A DNA stretch of 64,000 nucleotides. Origin: Octopus sinensis. Lineage: Eukaryota. The position numbers were made by a program, and so were the translations under genes. Within the stretch, counting starts at the first letter, position 1. The number at the start of each line of letters is the position of its first letter. The notes under the pieces are model-generated. The model made no database searches and had not been told where the DNA came from. It saw nothing but the letters and a program-made list of their open reading frames with translations. This document shows positions 20,691 to 33,959 of the stretch, in pieces. The stretch spans positions 186,868,001 to 186,932,000 of the forward strand of contig NC_042998.1 in NCBI RefSeq assembly GCF_006345805.1, read 5' to 3'.

Positions 20691-22920
20691 GATTGGTGGG
20701 CAACAGAAATGACCATTGCCAGCATTTAGAGTATCCAAACTAGCAGATAGCAGACTTCATAACACCACCAGCAACAGCAATAGTAGTAGTAGTAGCAGCA
20801 GTAGTAGTAGTTATAGAGCTACTACTACTGTCACCACTACTACTACAATTAATTGTTGACGGAGGACAAACGGAAGAAAGGTTTACAGCAGATAAAATTT
20901 GTTTATCCTCCTCCTCTGGTCAACCGAATCTTGTTAAAATGCTGTAGTGGTAGTAGTAGTAGTTATAACACTACTGCTGCTTTAAAAAAAAAAACAACAA
21001 CAAAAAGAACCCTGCTATCCCTGGTTACTATCATTAGTCAGGTTGGCCAACTAATATAATAGTAGTGCAAGTAGTAGCAGCAACAGCAGCAGCATGAAAT
21101 ATATATATATATATGTATATATTTTTTTTTTTTAATGTCAATCTCAAGGAATTCCTCTGCTCCAGACAACATGATCTTGTGATTGAGCACTGGACTGAGT
21201 TTATTTATGAGATAGATGAAAGCAAACAGAAATCTCTGCAGTGAACAGAAGAGAATTCTGTTGGAGGCTCTGTAGAGTTATGATAAACCAAAAAGCAATT
21301 TATTATTATTATACAACTAACTGCTGATGAACTCCAGAGCTAAGTTCTATATTGTCAATACAGATGACATGGGCAATCTCCTACAATCTTCATTATGTTT
21401 TTATAGCTCCATACTGTTCTGACTGACTTACACAGCCAGCTCCACATTGCTCTTACAGAATATCCAATAATATGCACATTGCTATGACAAACCTCAGAAC
21501 CAGTGTACATGTCTTTTATAACAGACCAGACAGCCATCAATTTGTAGTATTCATATCTGTTTAGACAGATTTTGCAGCCAGTCCTTTCGTGTTATGACAT
21601 AATCTTCTTTCTGGTGAGAAACTCCACAGTCAATACTTTATTCTGCTGATAAACACCACGGCTGATTCCATGCTGTTGTGACAAGAGTCCACAGCCAATT
21701 TCAAACTTATATACTAAATCACCAAGCATGATGTTCTCTTGTTAGGTTAAAAAAAAAAAAGAAGAGAAAAAAAAGAAATAAAAGCTTGGTGTTAATTGTA
21801 CACTCATTTCTAGTCAAATTAGAGAGTTAAAAATAAAGACCACATAGCAAAAAAAAAAAAAGGAAGAAAAGGAAATTATAGATAATTCTGTAAATGTTTT
21901 GTTTGTTATTTACACTAGATGTATTTTTTTTTTGTAATTTATTTGTAAATTTAACACAAACATCACTAAAATATTTTATCAGCTGGCCACATCAATGGCA
22001 TAAATGCACCATGTTATCACTTATAGCACTGGTAACAGTAGTTAGTATTAAAATTAGTAGTAGTAGTAGTAGTAGTAATAGTAATGCTAGTGGTGGAGGT
22101 GGTTGTGATAGTAGTGGTAGTAGTAATAAAATGTTCTATGTAAGCCAACACAACAGCAGTAGAAGGTGCAAACGAGGTAGTCCAAAGGTGGTCTGTTGGA
22201 GGTGAAACTGCTAAGATGGTCAAAGGTCAGATAGAACCAAATGGCACAATAGTATTGGTACTGTTGGTGTTGATTCTCAAAAATACAGTAAGAAGTAGCA
22301 TCATCATCATCATCATCATCTTCATCAATATTACTACTGCTGTTGTTGTCAGTGCTGCTTCACACAGCAGACAGTCACAAGAATACTCTTGGTTAGAGCC
22401 AGCAGCACTAGGGAAAGCTTAACAAGCGAGTTGCACTCAGTTCAGATTAGTTGAGACAACATCTAGTAATGGCACAATCCCATTATGGTGTTAGTTGGTA
22501 GTGAAGGTAGTAATAGTAGTGGATTTCTTGAGATGTAGACAATGTCTTGACCACTGTTTGAGAGCTTAACTGAGTGACTTTGAGTCATAGCTGGGACAGA
22601 GGCTAAAAAGAAAAAAAGACAAAAAATTTAAATATATACATTTAAAAATATACAGATGATTGCTTTACAAGAAACAAAAATATTTCTAAAAATATAAACT
22701 CACTGTTTCTTCTATTCTTCCTATATTGAAAAAGTATGAAAGGTAAACAAAAAAAGTTTGATAAATTACAACAGGACCAATGAAATTACATGCAAGTAAA
22801 CTTCACTAACCAAACAAAATGTAAGCAAAGCTACTACTGCTGCTCAGAAATTGTAAGAACAATGAGGACCACAACCCTGAATACACATGCCAGCACACAC
22901 AGTCAACAATGAGTTCAGTT

Positions 22921-23157
22921 CAAAGAGTGTCATCTCAATCAAAGGAGAGGGGCTTTCTCCGTCCGGGTTGCGGTTCCGTGGAATAAGCTGCCGGACGAGA
23001 TAGTGAAGATGCCGACGACTGCTCGGTTCAAAGTCTCCCTTGACCACAAATGGCCTGAACTCTTTGCATGAACACCACCCTGTACATAACTCCATGTCCC
23101 CCTACATGGCCTTGCTTTTTGCTTTTTGAGCCAAAAAATTAACTTAACTTAACTTAG
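22921..23157 (+). mobile_element. CR1/L2-type LINE 3' end with (CTTAA)n tail
   Basis: HLNQRRGAFSVRVAVPWNKLPDEIV...FKVSLDHKWPELFA*; CpGs are retained, so the copy looks young. Confidence 0.75.
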
Positions 23158-23937
23158 TTCAACCCATAACACAGGAATTTAAGGCCAGCTGTCTGTAGGG
23201 ATTCCTGTGTGGTAATGATATAATTCTAATAGCTGAAACTGTAGAAGATTTAGAGAAGAAATTCCAGACATGTTAGCAAAACTTATAAACGAGAAACTGT
23301 AAAATAAACTTAGTAAAAACTAAAGTATTAGTAAATAGGAAAGAAGACAGGAGCCTGGTACCATCAAGTAAATGGCCAGGCTTGATATGCAGAAAAGGAG
23401 TAGGTAGAAATATCCATACTGTGAACTATGGAAGCCCAAGGCATGAAATGGGATCAATGGCAGATTAAGAGAGAAAATAAGACTTCAGTAAGCACTAAGG
23501 GTTAACAGGAAACACTCTCAAATGTTTTGAAGACACATATTAGTTGAAAAATCGTTAACTAGATCACTAAGAGTGGATGTTCTAGAAAGAAAAGTATATT
23601 AATGAGATTATGAACAAGTTAGCAAAGTTCAGGAAGTGACTGTTTCAGATGGTAACAAAAGACTTCTCCTACAGGGTAGATTATATTATATGATGCCTGT
23701 GTATGAAGTGTGATGCTGCATGGAAGTGAGATGTAAGCCTTAAATGCAGAAGATTTGCAAAGACTAGAAAGGAATGAAGTGATCATGCATGAAAAACAGA
23801 GTACAAATGAGTTGCAAGAGGAATCAGAAGTAGCGTTCAAAACAGAAGACTGTAATGATAAAGACAAATGATGCCATGGTGAAATCCAAGCATCTTTAGG
23901 AATAGTGTGTGTGTGTGCGTGCATGTATATATATAAA

Positions 23938-24383
23938 TCTATACACACATACATATAAAGCTGAAGTTGTCTGTGTGTGTGGCAGGTTTGGTAGCCTTCA
24001 ACTAACACTATCTCCTCTGAGACGGTGGTGCAAGTTGACCAAAATTAAGAGTATGATAGAAGGCTAACTCTTCATTCCATAGAAGAAAAATTCAAATCGG
24101 ACAATGTTAAGACCAAAAATTATTTACATCAAAAAGGTGCTTTTTTTCTATGGAAATCCCTATTTTTTAACGATTTTTTTACTGCTGTGTCGCCATTTTT
24201 CGGTGTATTTCAACCAGAAAAATGTTCACTTAAAGAGAATAACAAGCTACATAATGCAAAATTATTACTTTTCAAAAAAGATTGAAACTATGTCAAAACT
24301 TTGTTAACGCGACATCAAAGTCTGCAGTTTTAAGCACAACTAAAAAACAAACCCGAGCAACGCCAGGCTATATATACTGCTAG
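23938..24383 (+). mobile_element. Non-autonomous Helitron
   Basis: A|TCTATA...ATAAAGCTG 5' end; 3' CCCGAGCAACGCCAGG hairpin followed by CTAG|T. Confidence 0.7.
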
Positions 24384-25192
24384 TATATATATAAAATTCA
24401 TTTATAGATTTTTTCAAATTTACCTTGTTTGTATTTTTTTTTATTCACATGTATTTTTACCTGTAAGATGCGTGACAAATTTTGATTAATTTGTCTAATG
24501 AATCATTATAATATGTGTGAGTTTATTTAATTTAGCCAATGTCATGAATTTCATTGTTTTACCTTTAAGGTACACCTATTTCATTTTGCTTTATCTTTAC
24601 GGTACACCTGTCTTATGTATGTTAAGTTCAACAGAGAGATAATCCAGTAATTTGCACAATTCTTTGTTAAAATTTCATTTTAACACTCATTGAATATTAG
24701 CTAACAACTCATTTTCTATGCTGATGTCTAAACAATATTTAAATAATATAATACTTTGTCTCGATAACATTAAATACAGATAAGTTTAACAAAAATTATG
24801 AAATTTATTTGGTTTTAAGAAACTTTTATTAAGCCATGTTCCAAAAATCATGTTGATTAATAAAAGAGTTAGAGTTGTTTTAAGAAACCAATCTAAATTC
24901 AGTTACTTTAGAATTTAATTGAAACGCATAAGGGGTGTGTTTTGGTTTGCAATATAGTAATGAAAGAGTGAAGGATTTGGATCCATGGTTGGAATTTCTT
25001 CTCTGCATCTTCTACAGATTTGGTTATAAAACCCGAGTCATACATTAGCATAAGAGAGTTCCACAGGAGAGTTAGTCTTAAATACTTCTGTTGATGAACT
25101 ACAATAAGCAAAGGAACTCTGATGGATCCACACCTCCATGCTAAATTCACAATTGTTTGTCCACCACCACCACCACCACCACCATCACTTGA

Positions 25193-26456
25193 CAACTTTG
25201 TTTATATCACTATAACTTAGCAGTTCAGCAAAAGTGGCTGACAAAATAAATATCAGACTTAAACACTGCGGTTGATTTGTTCAACTAAAGCCTTCAAGGC
25301 TGTGCCCCAGTATGGCCACAGTCAAATGACTGAAAAAAGATTGAATATATATTTTCAATATGTGTGCATATGTGTGTGTGTGGTAATAGGGCTCAGTATC
25401 AAGTACCACACTCCATTTTTGTATCCAGTGCAGTTGGGCAAAGGGCATCAAATCACAGGATAGGCCAGTGTTTGGAATACAAGCTACATAAACCGTATTT
25501 AAAAAATACAGAAACCCAGTTTGGTCTATTAAGCTTTATAAAACATACATGTGCCTTTAGAGTATGATCATTGCCAGAGCAGCCAACTGGCTTCTGTACC
25601 CGTGGCATGTAAAAGGGCACCATTCAAGCGTGATCGTTACCAACGTCGCTTCACTGGCACGTGTAAAAAGATTTGAGCGAGGTCATTGCCAGTACTGCCA
25701 GACTGGCCCCCATGCCGGTGGCACATAAAAAGCACCCACTACACTCTCGGAGTGGTTGGCGTTAGGAAGGGCATCCAGCTATAGAAACTCTGCCAGGTCA
25801 AGATTGGAGCCTACTGCAGCCATCTGGTTCACCAGCCCTCAGTCAAAATCGTCCAACCCATGCTAGCATGGAAAGCGGACGTTAAACGATGATGATGATG
25901 ATGATGACTGAGAAAACTACACAATTGCTTTGCAAATATTGCGCAATCTTACCAAAACCCTCATTAGTGTTTTCAGGCAAAAAAAAAATACAAAGTATAG
26001 TGTTAAGTTTGCTCAATATATCCCTGTTATGCAAATTACCTACAATATCAATGAAGTACTGGGATACAGGATGACAGAGTATTAAGTAGCAGTGTGGAGT
26101 AACTAGAAGATAGAGAGCTTAATAGACAAAACTGGGTTTCTGTATTTTTTTAAATACTGTTTATGTAGCTTGTATTCCAAACACTGGCCTATCCTGTGAT
26201 TTGGTGCCCTTTGCCCAACTGCACTGGATACAAAAATGGAGTGTGGTACTTGATACTGAGCCCTAACACCACACACACACACACATATTGCAAAATATAT
26301 ATTCAATTTTGTTTCAGTCATTTGACTGTGGCCATACTGGGGCACAGCCTTGAAGGCTTTAGTTGAACAAATCAACTGCAGTATTTAAGTCTGATATTTC
26401 TTTTGTCAGCCACTTTTGCTAGGCTGCTAAGTTATAGTGATAATAAACAAAGGTTG
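25193..26456. repeat. Inverted duplication, arms 25193-25535 and 26116-26456 (SINE C tail plus unique flank)
   Basis: The arms are reverse complements (over 90% by eye) and include non-repeat sequence. Confidence 0.9.
25565..25908 (+). mobile_element. RTE LINE 3' end with about 3 UTR repeat units
   Basis: Tail GGAAAGCGGACGTTAAAC followed by (GAT)n. Confidence 0.88.
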
Positions 26457-28159
26457 ATGTATGGAAAGTGGTAGAGGCCATGCCCTCTCATACAAATTTA
26501 GGCAGATATATCCTTGTACAGTCACAAACATTCACATGTAAACACAATAGAGTAAAGGGAATGGAAACAACCCTGAAGCAATGTAAACTCAAAGGTGAGG
26601 ACAACAGCAGAAACAACAATGATAATCCTTTCAACTAGAGGCACAAGGCCTGAAATTTGTGGGGAGAAGACTAGTCAATTACATCAACCCCAGTGTTTCA
26701 CTGATATTTATTTCATCGTCCCAGAAAGGACAAAAGGTAAAATTGACCTTGGTGGAATTTGAACTCAGAACATCCAGACAGATGAAACACAACAACAATG
26801 ATAATAATAATAATAGCAAGCATATCGACATCTGTATGAGTGACGACAGTCCACAGTCATATACATCAGAAGTGGAAGCAGTTAGTGATCACTTCCTTTG
26901 AGCAGTTCATAATACCAGCTTTGAGTAGCAATTTCTCAGGCAGACAAAGAATCTGTATAGTTTCTATTGAACAATGTGTGTACTGCCTGTCCCCAGATCC
27001 TTTCACTTGCACTCAGTCCACATCACCTGCATACCCTTACCTACCTACACCCAGGCATACCATGCCAGGTCAAATCACATGTATAGGTGCATGTTCATTG
27101 ATGCATCATTACATGCATCAGTATTGATACATATAATTGTGCACAAATTCCTTCCTTCTCATCATACCATACAGCTACCAAGCTTAAGTTATTTCTACTA
27201 CTCTTCAACTTGCCCATGCATGCACACACCGTCACACTTGAGTGTATATGTTTGTAAGTATTAATATGAACAATGGTAGAATATCCATGTGGTTTATTTA
27301 AGTCCATCATGTTCAGTAAGTTAATAGGGCTTAGTCAGTCGATGGTCATAGGAGACACTCATTGCATTCTGCAGAAGAGTGTATCATTACATGTAATCCA
27401 GGCTTTAAACATCTTTTACTGGACAGTGTTCAGACCAATGGGTGCACTATATTATCCATTGATGTGCACATCCTTGTTCCGAGTATTGTTACGATCCAAT
27501 ACTCCATTAAAAATGTTGCTGGCACAAGCACAGCCTAGGTATACACCCAGATGGATAAGATGAGAGAGGAGTCTGTGCAAGGGTGTACAAACAGGGGTGT
27601 TCATGTATAGGGTTCCAGAAAACCCTACTAAGTATACAAAAACCATGGGAACAGTGTGGCAAATATCCCAGCTGTAAAATCCCAGCCAAAACAGACAGAG
27701 AAGTCAAGTGCAGGCTTCTGCCTGGCTGACTCCTGTCAAACCATCCCACCCATGCCAGCATGGAAAGCAGACATTAAAAGATGATGATGATGATGATGGT
27801 TCAGCTAATTAAGTAGAAAGCTAAACTTTCTGGTTGCAAAAGTGCTTATGCATTAAAATGCATTGTTTCATAGGGTTAACTGTGGTGTTTAAGTGGAATA
27901 TTTGCTCCTGTTGCATGTCAGCACTTCACATTTATATAATATGTTTGAATATATGCACTGACTGGGCTATCTCTTCTTCTCTATAGTGTGTGTGTGTGTG
28001 TGTGTGTACACACATACATAGGCACAAACATGGATATGTGGTTAGGAAGGTAGCTTCCCAACCACATGGTTCCAGTTCAGCCCCACTGCATGGCACTGAG
28101 CAAGTGTCTTCTACCTTTGCCCCAGGCTGACCAAAGCCTTGAGAGTGGATTTGGTAGAA

Positions 28160-28500
28160 TCATCATCATCATCATCATTTAGCGTCCGCTTTCCATGCTA
28201 GCATGGGTTGGACGGTTCAACTGGGGTCTGGGAAGCCAGAAGGCTGCACCAAGCCCAGTCTGATCTGGCAATGTTTCTATGGCTGGATGCCCTTCCCAAC
28301 ACCAACCACTCCGTGAGTGTAGTGGGTGTTTTTACGTGCCACTAGCACAGGTGCCAGACGGGGCTGGCAAACAGCCACGGTCGGATGGTGCTTTTTACGT
28401 GCCACCAGCATGGGGGCCAGGCAAGGCTGGCAACGGCCATGATCGGATGGTGCTTTTTATGTGCCATTAGCACGGAGGCCCGTCATGGCAGAGGCCCGAT
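28160..28500 (-). mobile_element. RTE LINE 3' end, inserted after a SINE C 5' half (28020-28158)
   Basis: (CAT)n plus TTTAGCGTCCGCTTTCCATG; UTR repeat units. Confidence 0.85.
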
Positions 28501-29049
28501 ATGCATATGTGTGTGTGTGAGTATTACTGTCTCCTTGCCTTGGCATCACATGATAGCTGTAAATGAGTGTTACCATCATGCCCTTCATTCCCAATCTTCT
28601 GTGAAAACATATCTGGTCATGGGGAAATATTAACTTACTTGGAAATAGGAAAAGTTCAATAAATTCTGTCCGATCTACGTAAAAAGTGTACATTAAAATA
28701 TTTCTCTCTCTCTAAGGTGTGTTGGGTGAAGAGCAAGCTGATGCATGTCAGTGATGGCCTGGAGCCTCCCCTTCTCTATACTGGTCTCAACATAATGGAG
28801 TTGGTCAGCTCCTTCATTTACTTGGGTTCCACAGTCACCAACAATGGAGACCTGACACCAGAAATTGACTGCAGATGTAGTCTCGCCACCGGGGTCATGG
28901 ACTTGGAAACCCTTTGGTGCCACTGCTCTATCACCTGAAGACAAAGCTTTGCATCTACAATGCATCGGTCTTCTCCATTCTCCCCTATGCAGCAGAAATG
29001 TAGCCTCCTCATGAAGACCCTGTTGGGTACCGTCTGTGAGGATTACAGC

Positions 29050-29745
29050 ACCATGACACAATTCACTTTGCCAGAAATTTGGAAACAACATGCTGTACTG
29101 CTTGGCATTCACACCAGACGCTCCAATACGAACATTTCAGAGTGTTTGGGTGTCAATCTCAGAGTGATAAAAATCAAACATCTAAACAACACCATGGTAT
29201 TTGGAGTGATCACTAGTAATGGCAACAGTATGCTTCCATTCATCTTCCCACACAGCCTCTGAATCAACACTGAGGCTTACATCAAGTGCCTGGAGGAGGT
29301 AGTGCTACCCTGGATCAAGAGGGTGGCTGCTGGAAGACCCTATGTCAGGTAACAGGACTCTGTACCATGCCACAAGCAGGAGAACCCAGTCGTGACTACG
29401 ACAATTTCTGCAACATCACCCCTAACACCTCAGACTGCAACCCCCTTGATTATTATGTGTGGGGCGCAGTTGAGCGGGAGACCAACAAATCTTCTTGTAA
29501 CACCAAGGATGAACTGAAGGCAAGGATTATAACAGCATTCACCAACTTAAACACCGTCCAGAAGAGTTGCAAGAGATTCCGAAGTTGTCTGGAGGATGTA
29601 GTTGAAGCCAATAGCGATTTTATTGAATAAATTTACTCCTTAGTATTTTGAGGTATTTTTATGTAATTTTGGTAAATATATCTGTTCAAATGAGATGTCA
29701 GTGTTATTTTCATTTTTGAGTAATTTAGATGACAGATTTACAATA
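29050..29745 (+). mobile_element. Tc1/mariner (maT/rosa-like) transposase remnant
   Basis: MVFGVITSNG..MLPFIFP, QDS.PCH, SDCNPLDYYVWGAVE, with deletions. Confidence 0.75.
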
Positions 29746-29751
29746 CTTATT

Positions 29752-29975
29752 TCTTTATTGCCCTCAAGGGACCTAAACATAGAGGGGACAAACAAGGGCA
29801 GACAAGGGGATCAAGTCGATTGTATCGACCCCAGTGCGTAACTGGTATTTGCTTAATCGACCCCGAAAGGATGAAAGGTAAAGTCGACCTCGGTGGAATT
29901 CGAACTCACAACGTAACGACAGACGAAGTGCCGCTAAGCATTTCGCCCGGCTTGCTAACGTTTCTGCCAGCTCTA
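29752..29975 (-). mobile_element. SINE family A
   Basis: Reverse complement of the consensus. Confidence 0.88.
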
Positions 29976-30747
29976 CTGCTGCTCTCCACATTTCCTGTGC
30001 GGTTGCTCATCACCTCCTCCTTTCTGAAACACTTCTCCCTCTATCATTTCACTCCTCCATACTGATCAAATACTCATCTACCCTTGTTCACCACTCAGTG
30101 CATCCACCTCCAGCCCATTTCTAAGCATGTGTCACTCTCCTCTCACACTCTTATGAAATTACCACCCACTTGCCTGTCTATATTCTTCTTTATACTCACT
30201 TTCTGGTACCCTGAGAGTATGCTCTGGCACCCTGTCACCACTACTGTCTTTATCTCCCTTCCAACTACTTTTACCCACCCTCACATAATGAAGGGTAGCC
30301 ATGTATTCTCTCAATAGCAAGGCACCTGTGCTTGTGTCTCTATCCTACTTTAGCCTTCAACACCTGGCATGAAGCCATCCCCACCTCTCACAAATACACT
30401 CCCACTTGAATGTGAGGGCATTTTCTTTGTCTTGCAAGTGACTTTGGTGATTTCACAAATATATCACTGTCAAGTAGTTGGTATTACAAAGGTCATCCAG
30501 TCATAGAAACCAAGCCAAAACTGACATTTGGACCTGATGCAGTTTTGTAGTTTATTGGGTTCTGTTAAACCATCCAACCCATGCCAATATGGAAAATGAA
30601 CCTTAAATGATGATGAAACTACCTTAACATCAATATAACCTCATCTACTGTGTTTCCATTTCTATTAGCAAGATCTTCTGGATATATTTTCACAAAGAAA
30701 ATGTTCAAAATAACTGCAGGTAGAAATAAAAATTTGATATATATACA

Positions 30748-31130
30748 AAAGGCGCAGGAGTGGCTGTGTGGTAAGTAGCTTGCTAACCAACCACATGGTT
30801 CCGGGTTCAGTCCCACTGCGTGGCACCTTGGGTAAGTGTCTTCTACTATAGCCTTGGGCCGACCAAAGCCTTGTGAGCGGATTTGGTAGACGGAAACTGA
30901 AAGAAGCCCGTCGTATATATGTATATATATATATATATGCGTGTGTGTGTTTGTGTGTCTGTGTTTGTCCCCCTAGCATTGCTTGACAACCGCTGGTGTG
31001 TTTATGTCCCCATTACTTAGCGGTTCGGCAAAAAAGACCGATAGAATAAGTCCCGGGGTCGAGTTGCTTGATTGAAGGCGGTGCTCCAGCATGGCTGCAG
31101 TCAAATGACTGAAACAAGTAAAAGAGTAAA
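30748..31130 (+). mobile_element. SINE family C, full length
   Basis: AGGCGCAGGAGTGGCTGTGTGGTAAG...GAAACAAGTAAAAGAGTAAAA. Confidence 0.9.
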
Positions 31131-32792
31131 ACATTAAGCTTTCTAACTGAACCTATCTTTCACTGTTGGTATAAACCATTAAGAAAACAAACCTCAAACA
31201 TAGATAAAAAATATATACTAATAAAGGTTTACAATCATCATCATCATCATCTTTATTTAGCGTCTGTTTACCATGCTGGCATGGGTTGGACGGTTAGACA
31301 GGAGCTGGTGAGCTAGAGGACTATACCAAATTCCAATGTCTGCTTTGGCATGGTTTCTGCAGCTGGACGCCCTTCATAACGCCAACCACTCAGCTGTAAA
31401 AACCATACAACCCGTTAGAATATCTTTAACTTGTTTAAATACCTGACTAGCAAATAGTAAGATATGCATTATTAATGACATAGCTAACCATCTCTTTGTA
31501 TCTTTATTTACACCATTTAAACCCTTATACCTACTCTTGGACAGAAAATTTTCACCGCTTTAAAAGGAAATATATTTATAACCTTTACTACGTATGTGTG
31601 TGTGTGTACGTGAACACACAAACACAAATACATACATACATAATATACTGAACTTGATAAAAACTGTGTATGCAAAGTTATTTCCCTTGAAATAATTTAG
31701 TAGCAGTAAAGTAGATTGCTCATGTACAGGCGTGGAACTGTGTAGCAAAGCATATTAAAGTGTTTAAGATAGCAATGTTAAAGTAATTTCAAAGAGTAGG
31801 AGGAAACAATGAAACAAAAAGATTATTAAATAGAATCAGTAATTAGGATAGAGAAAGAAAAAGGAAAATTTTAGGATCCAAGAATATATTATAAAATGAA
31901 TACACACATTTATAAAATGATAGCTACATATGTCACAAAAGTGAATAATGGCCCTTTTCAATACCAAGATGGTTTGCCAGTAGTTGAAAATTAAATAATT
32001 CCAGCACAATAGTACTATTACTTAAAATCAATAAACACACTGGTGCAGTGTGCAGGAGCTGCAACTAATGTGGACATATGTCAAGTGCTTAGAGAGAATT
32101 TCCTCAAAGTAAGCATGGAGGAACAAAAAAGTCTTCAATATAAACTTCAAATTATAGTAGTCTAATGAAAATTAAATCCCACAGATTATTAAAATCAAAT
32201 TACAATCTTGCATTTTGTATCTTCTTTGTCTTCTAGAATGAATGCTTGTGACTAATTTTATTCTTTAAATGATCACTTATGGAAGAAAATAATTTGAGTT
32301 AACTTTATTATTTATGTTATTTAATAATAATAATAAAAATCTCTTGTAACTAAACACACCTAATCTGAAAAATAATATCAAGCATTCATTCTATTAAAGT
32401 GATTTCTCAAATTAGACTTCTTTCATTTAGACATCATGATATAATAGAAGTTGGTGTAAAATCAAATAAGTATGAACATTTATTATTCAACTGCAGAACA
32501 AATAAATTTTAATAAGACAACAAACAATATACTTCCAAAATCATTTAAGAACTTCAGTAAATCATTCCTACCTTTTTTTTTTAATACCAAAAAAATCATT
32601 CATAGGGTGCCTTATTTGAAAGAGAAAAAAAAAAACCAAAAGAGAATGCTAAGTGCTAATATTTCTAAAGTAACATTATATATATATAAGTTCTGTACAA
32701 GAAAATATATTTATTTACCTAACCTAGAAATAAAAATTTACTTTAGATCAGCACAATAACCAATTAAGATTATTGGTTAAAACTTACTCATG

Positions 32793-32840
32793 TCAGGACT
32801 TTGCACTACTCTGAGGGTCCAGATTTTTCATCTTTTTGTC
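32793..32840 (-). CDS. RAI1/TCF20: RAI1/TCF20-like gene, last coding exon (DKKMKNLDPQSSAKS*; exon continues 5 nt to a donor at 32788)
   Basis: tttttttttag|GACAAA...TCCTGACATGA|gtaagt. Phase 0 matches the preceding exon. Confidence 0.72.
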   Translation of the reverse strand, partial: DKKMKNLDPQSSAKS

Positions 32841-33959
32841 CTAAAAAAAAATAAAGGGGGTGGGATAATTAAGTTAACAGCTATTTAGGGGTGCAGTAGT
32901 CAGTCAAAGATGTCTTATAACAGAGTTAACTTTAAGGGCTAGTACTTTGCATGAGATTTAAAAGTATCATTTTGATCAGTTGTGGGAACAGCACACACAT
33001 ACAACTCATTGTATCTCACCTTTTTTAGTTTCAGGTGGCAGCATTCAAACAACAAAAATTATAAATGAACATCAAAGCTTAGATAAGTATTGAGAAATGA
33101 AAAATCTATCTTTTATCAATAATACAAATGTGGACAGGATCTATGGATTCATTAGCATCCCATTCCTGGCAAACATTTCTGTTGATTGCTCTCCAAGTCT
33201 TTCTTTAACTGAATGTTAGTAATTCTCAAGGAATAAAAACAAAGTTGTTTTTTTTTTTTTGTTATCAGAGAATATGACAAATACTTTGCAAATGAAGTCT
33301 CAACTGTTTCAAATGACAAAAGATTTTAGTTTAGTGTTATTTATCTGCATAACTTGCAACTGAGAAAGACAACAGTATTACCAACATAAACTATAAATAT
33401 ATTAGAGTTTACTTGTACTTGGATTGCTAACTAATTCTGTTAAGATACAAAATAAAAAGTGGGTATTGAGATAAGAGGAGATAACTGAGCAAGCATAAAT
33501 ACTATCTGAATGTATGTTACACATACATAGTCTACACACAATTCTCTGTCTACCAAAATTTCATCTACGAGGTACTGGTCAACTAGAGCCAGTCGATGGC
33601 AGAAGACACTTCCCCAATATGCCATGAAGTGGTATTAAACCTGGGATTTTGTGGTTGTAAAGTGAACTTTTTAAGCATGGAGCCATGCCAAGACTTACCC
33701 TGATATCACAGAAATCCTGCTTTTGAATATTAAACCTGTCACAATTTACTAACAGAAGTAGGATTCTCTACACAAGAACTGCATCTAGAAAAATACTAAA
33801 TATAAAGTAATTTAGTGTAGTTATAACTAAATCAAATTGCTAAACTACCAATTGTCCACTGTATGCCTAAATCATGATAGGAAATTTGAAACAACAAAAA
33901 GATAGTTATTAACTAAATTAGATCATTGTGTTAGTGTACTTCTCCTGAGCAGTTTTAAT

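Larger units (their letters stand above)
20225..22602 (-). other. Probable terminal 3'-UTR exon of the RAI1/TCF20-like gene
   Basis: Strong acceptor ttttttctttttag|CCTCTG at 22602. About 2.4 kb free of recognisable TEs and rich in simple repeats. AATAAA on minus at 20249-20244 followed by a GU/U-rich tract. Confidence 0.55.

Noticed and set aside
33698-33734. Minus-strand 37-nt AG...GT segment between the PHD and stop exons
   Set aside because: Would break the frame (phase 0 in, not a multiple of three) and has a weak pyrimidine tract.
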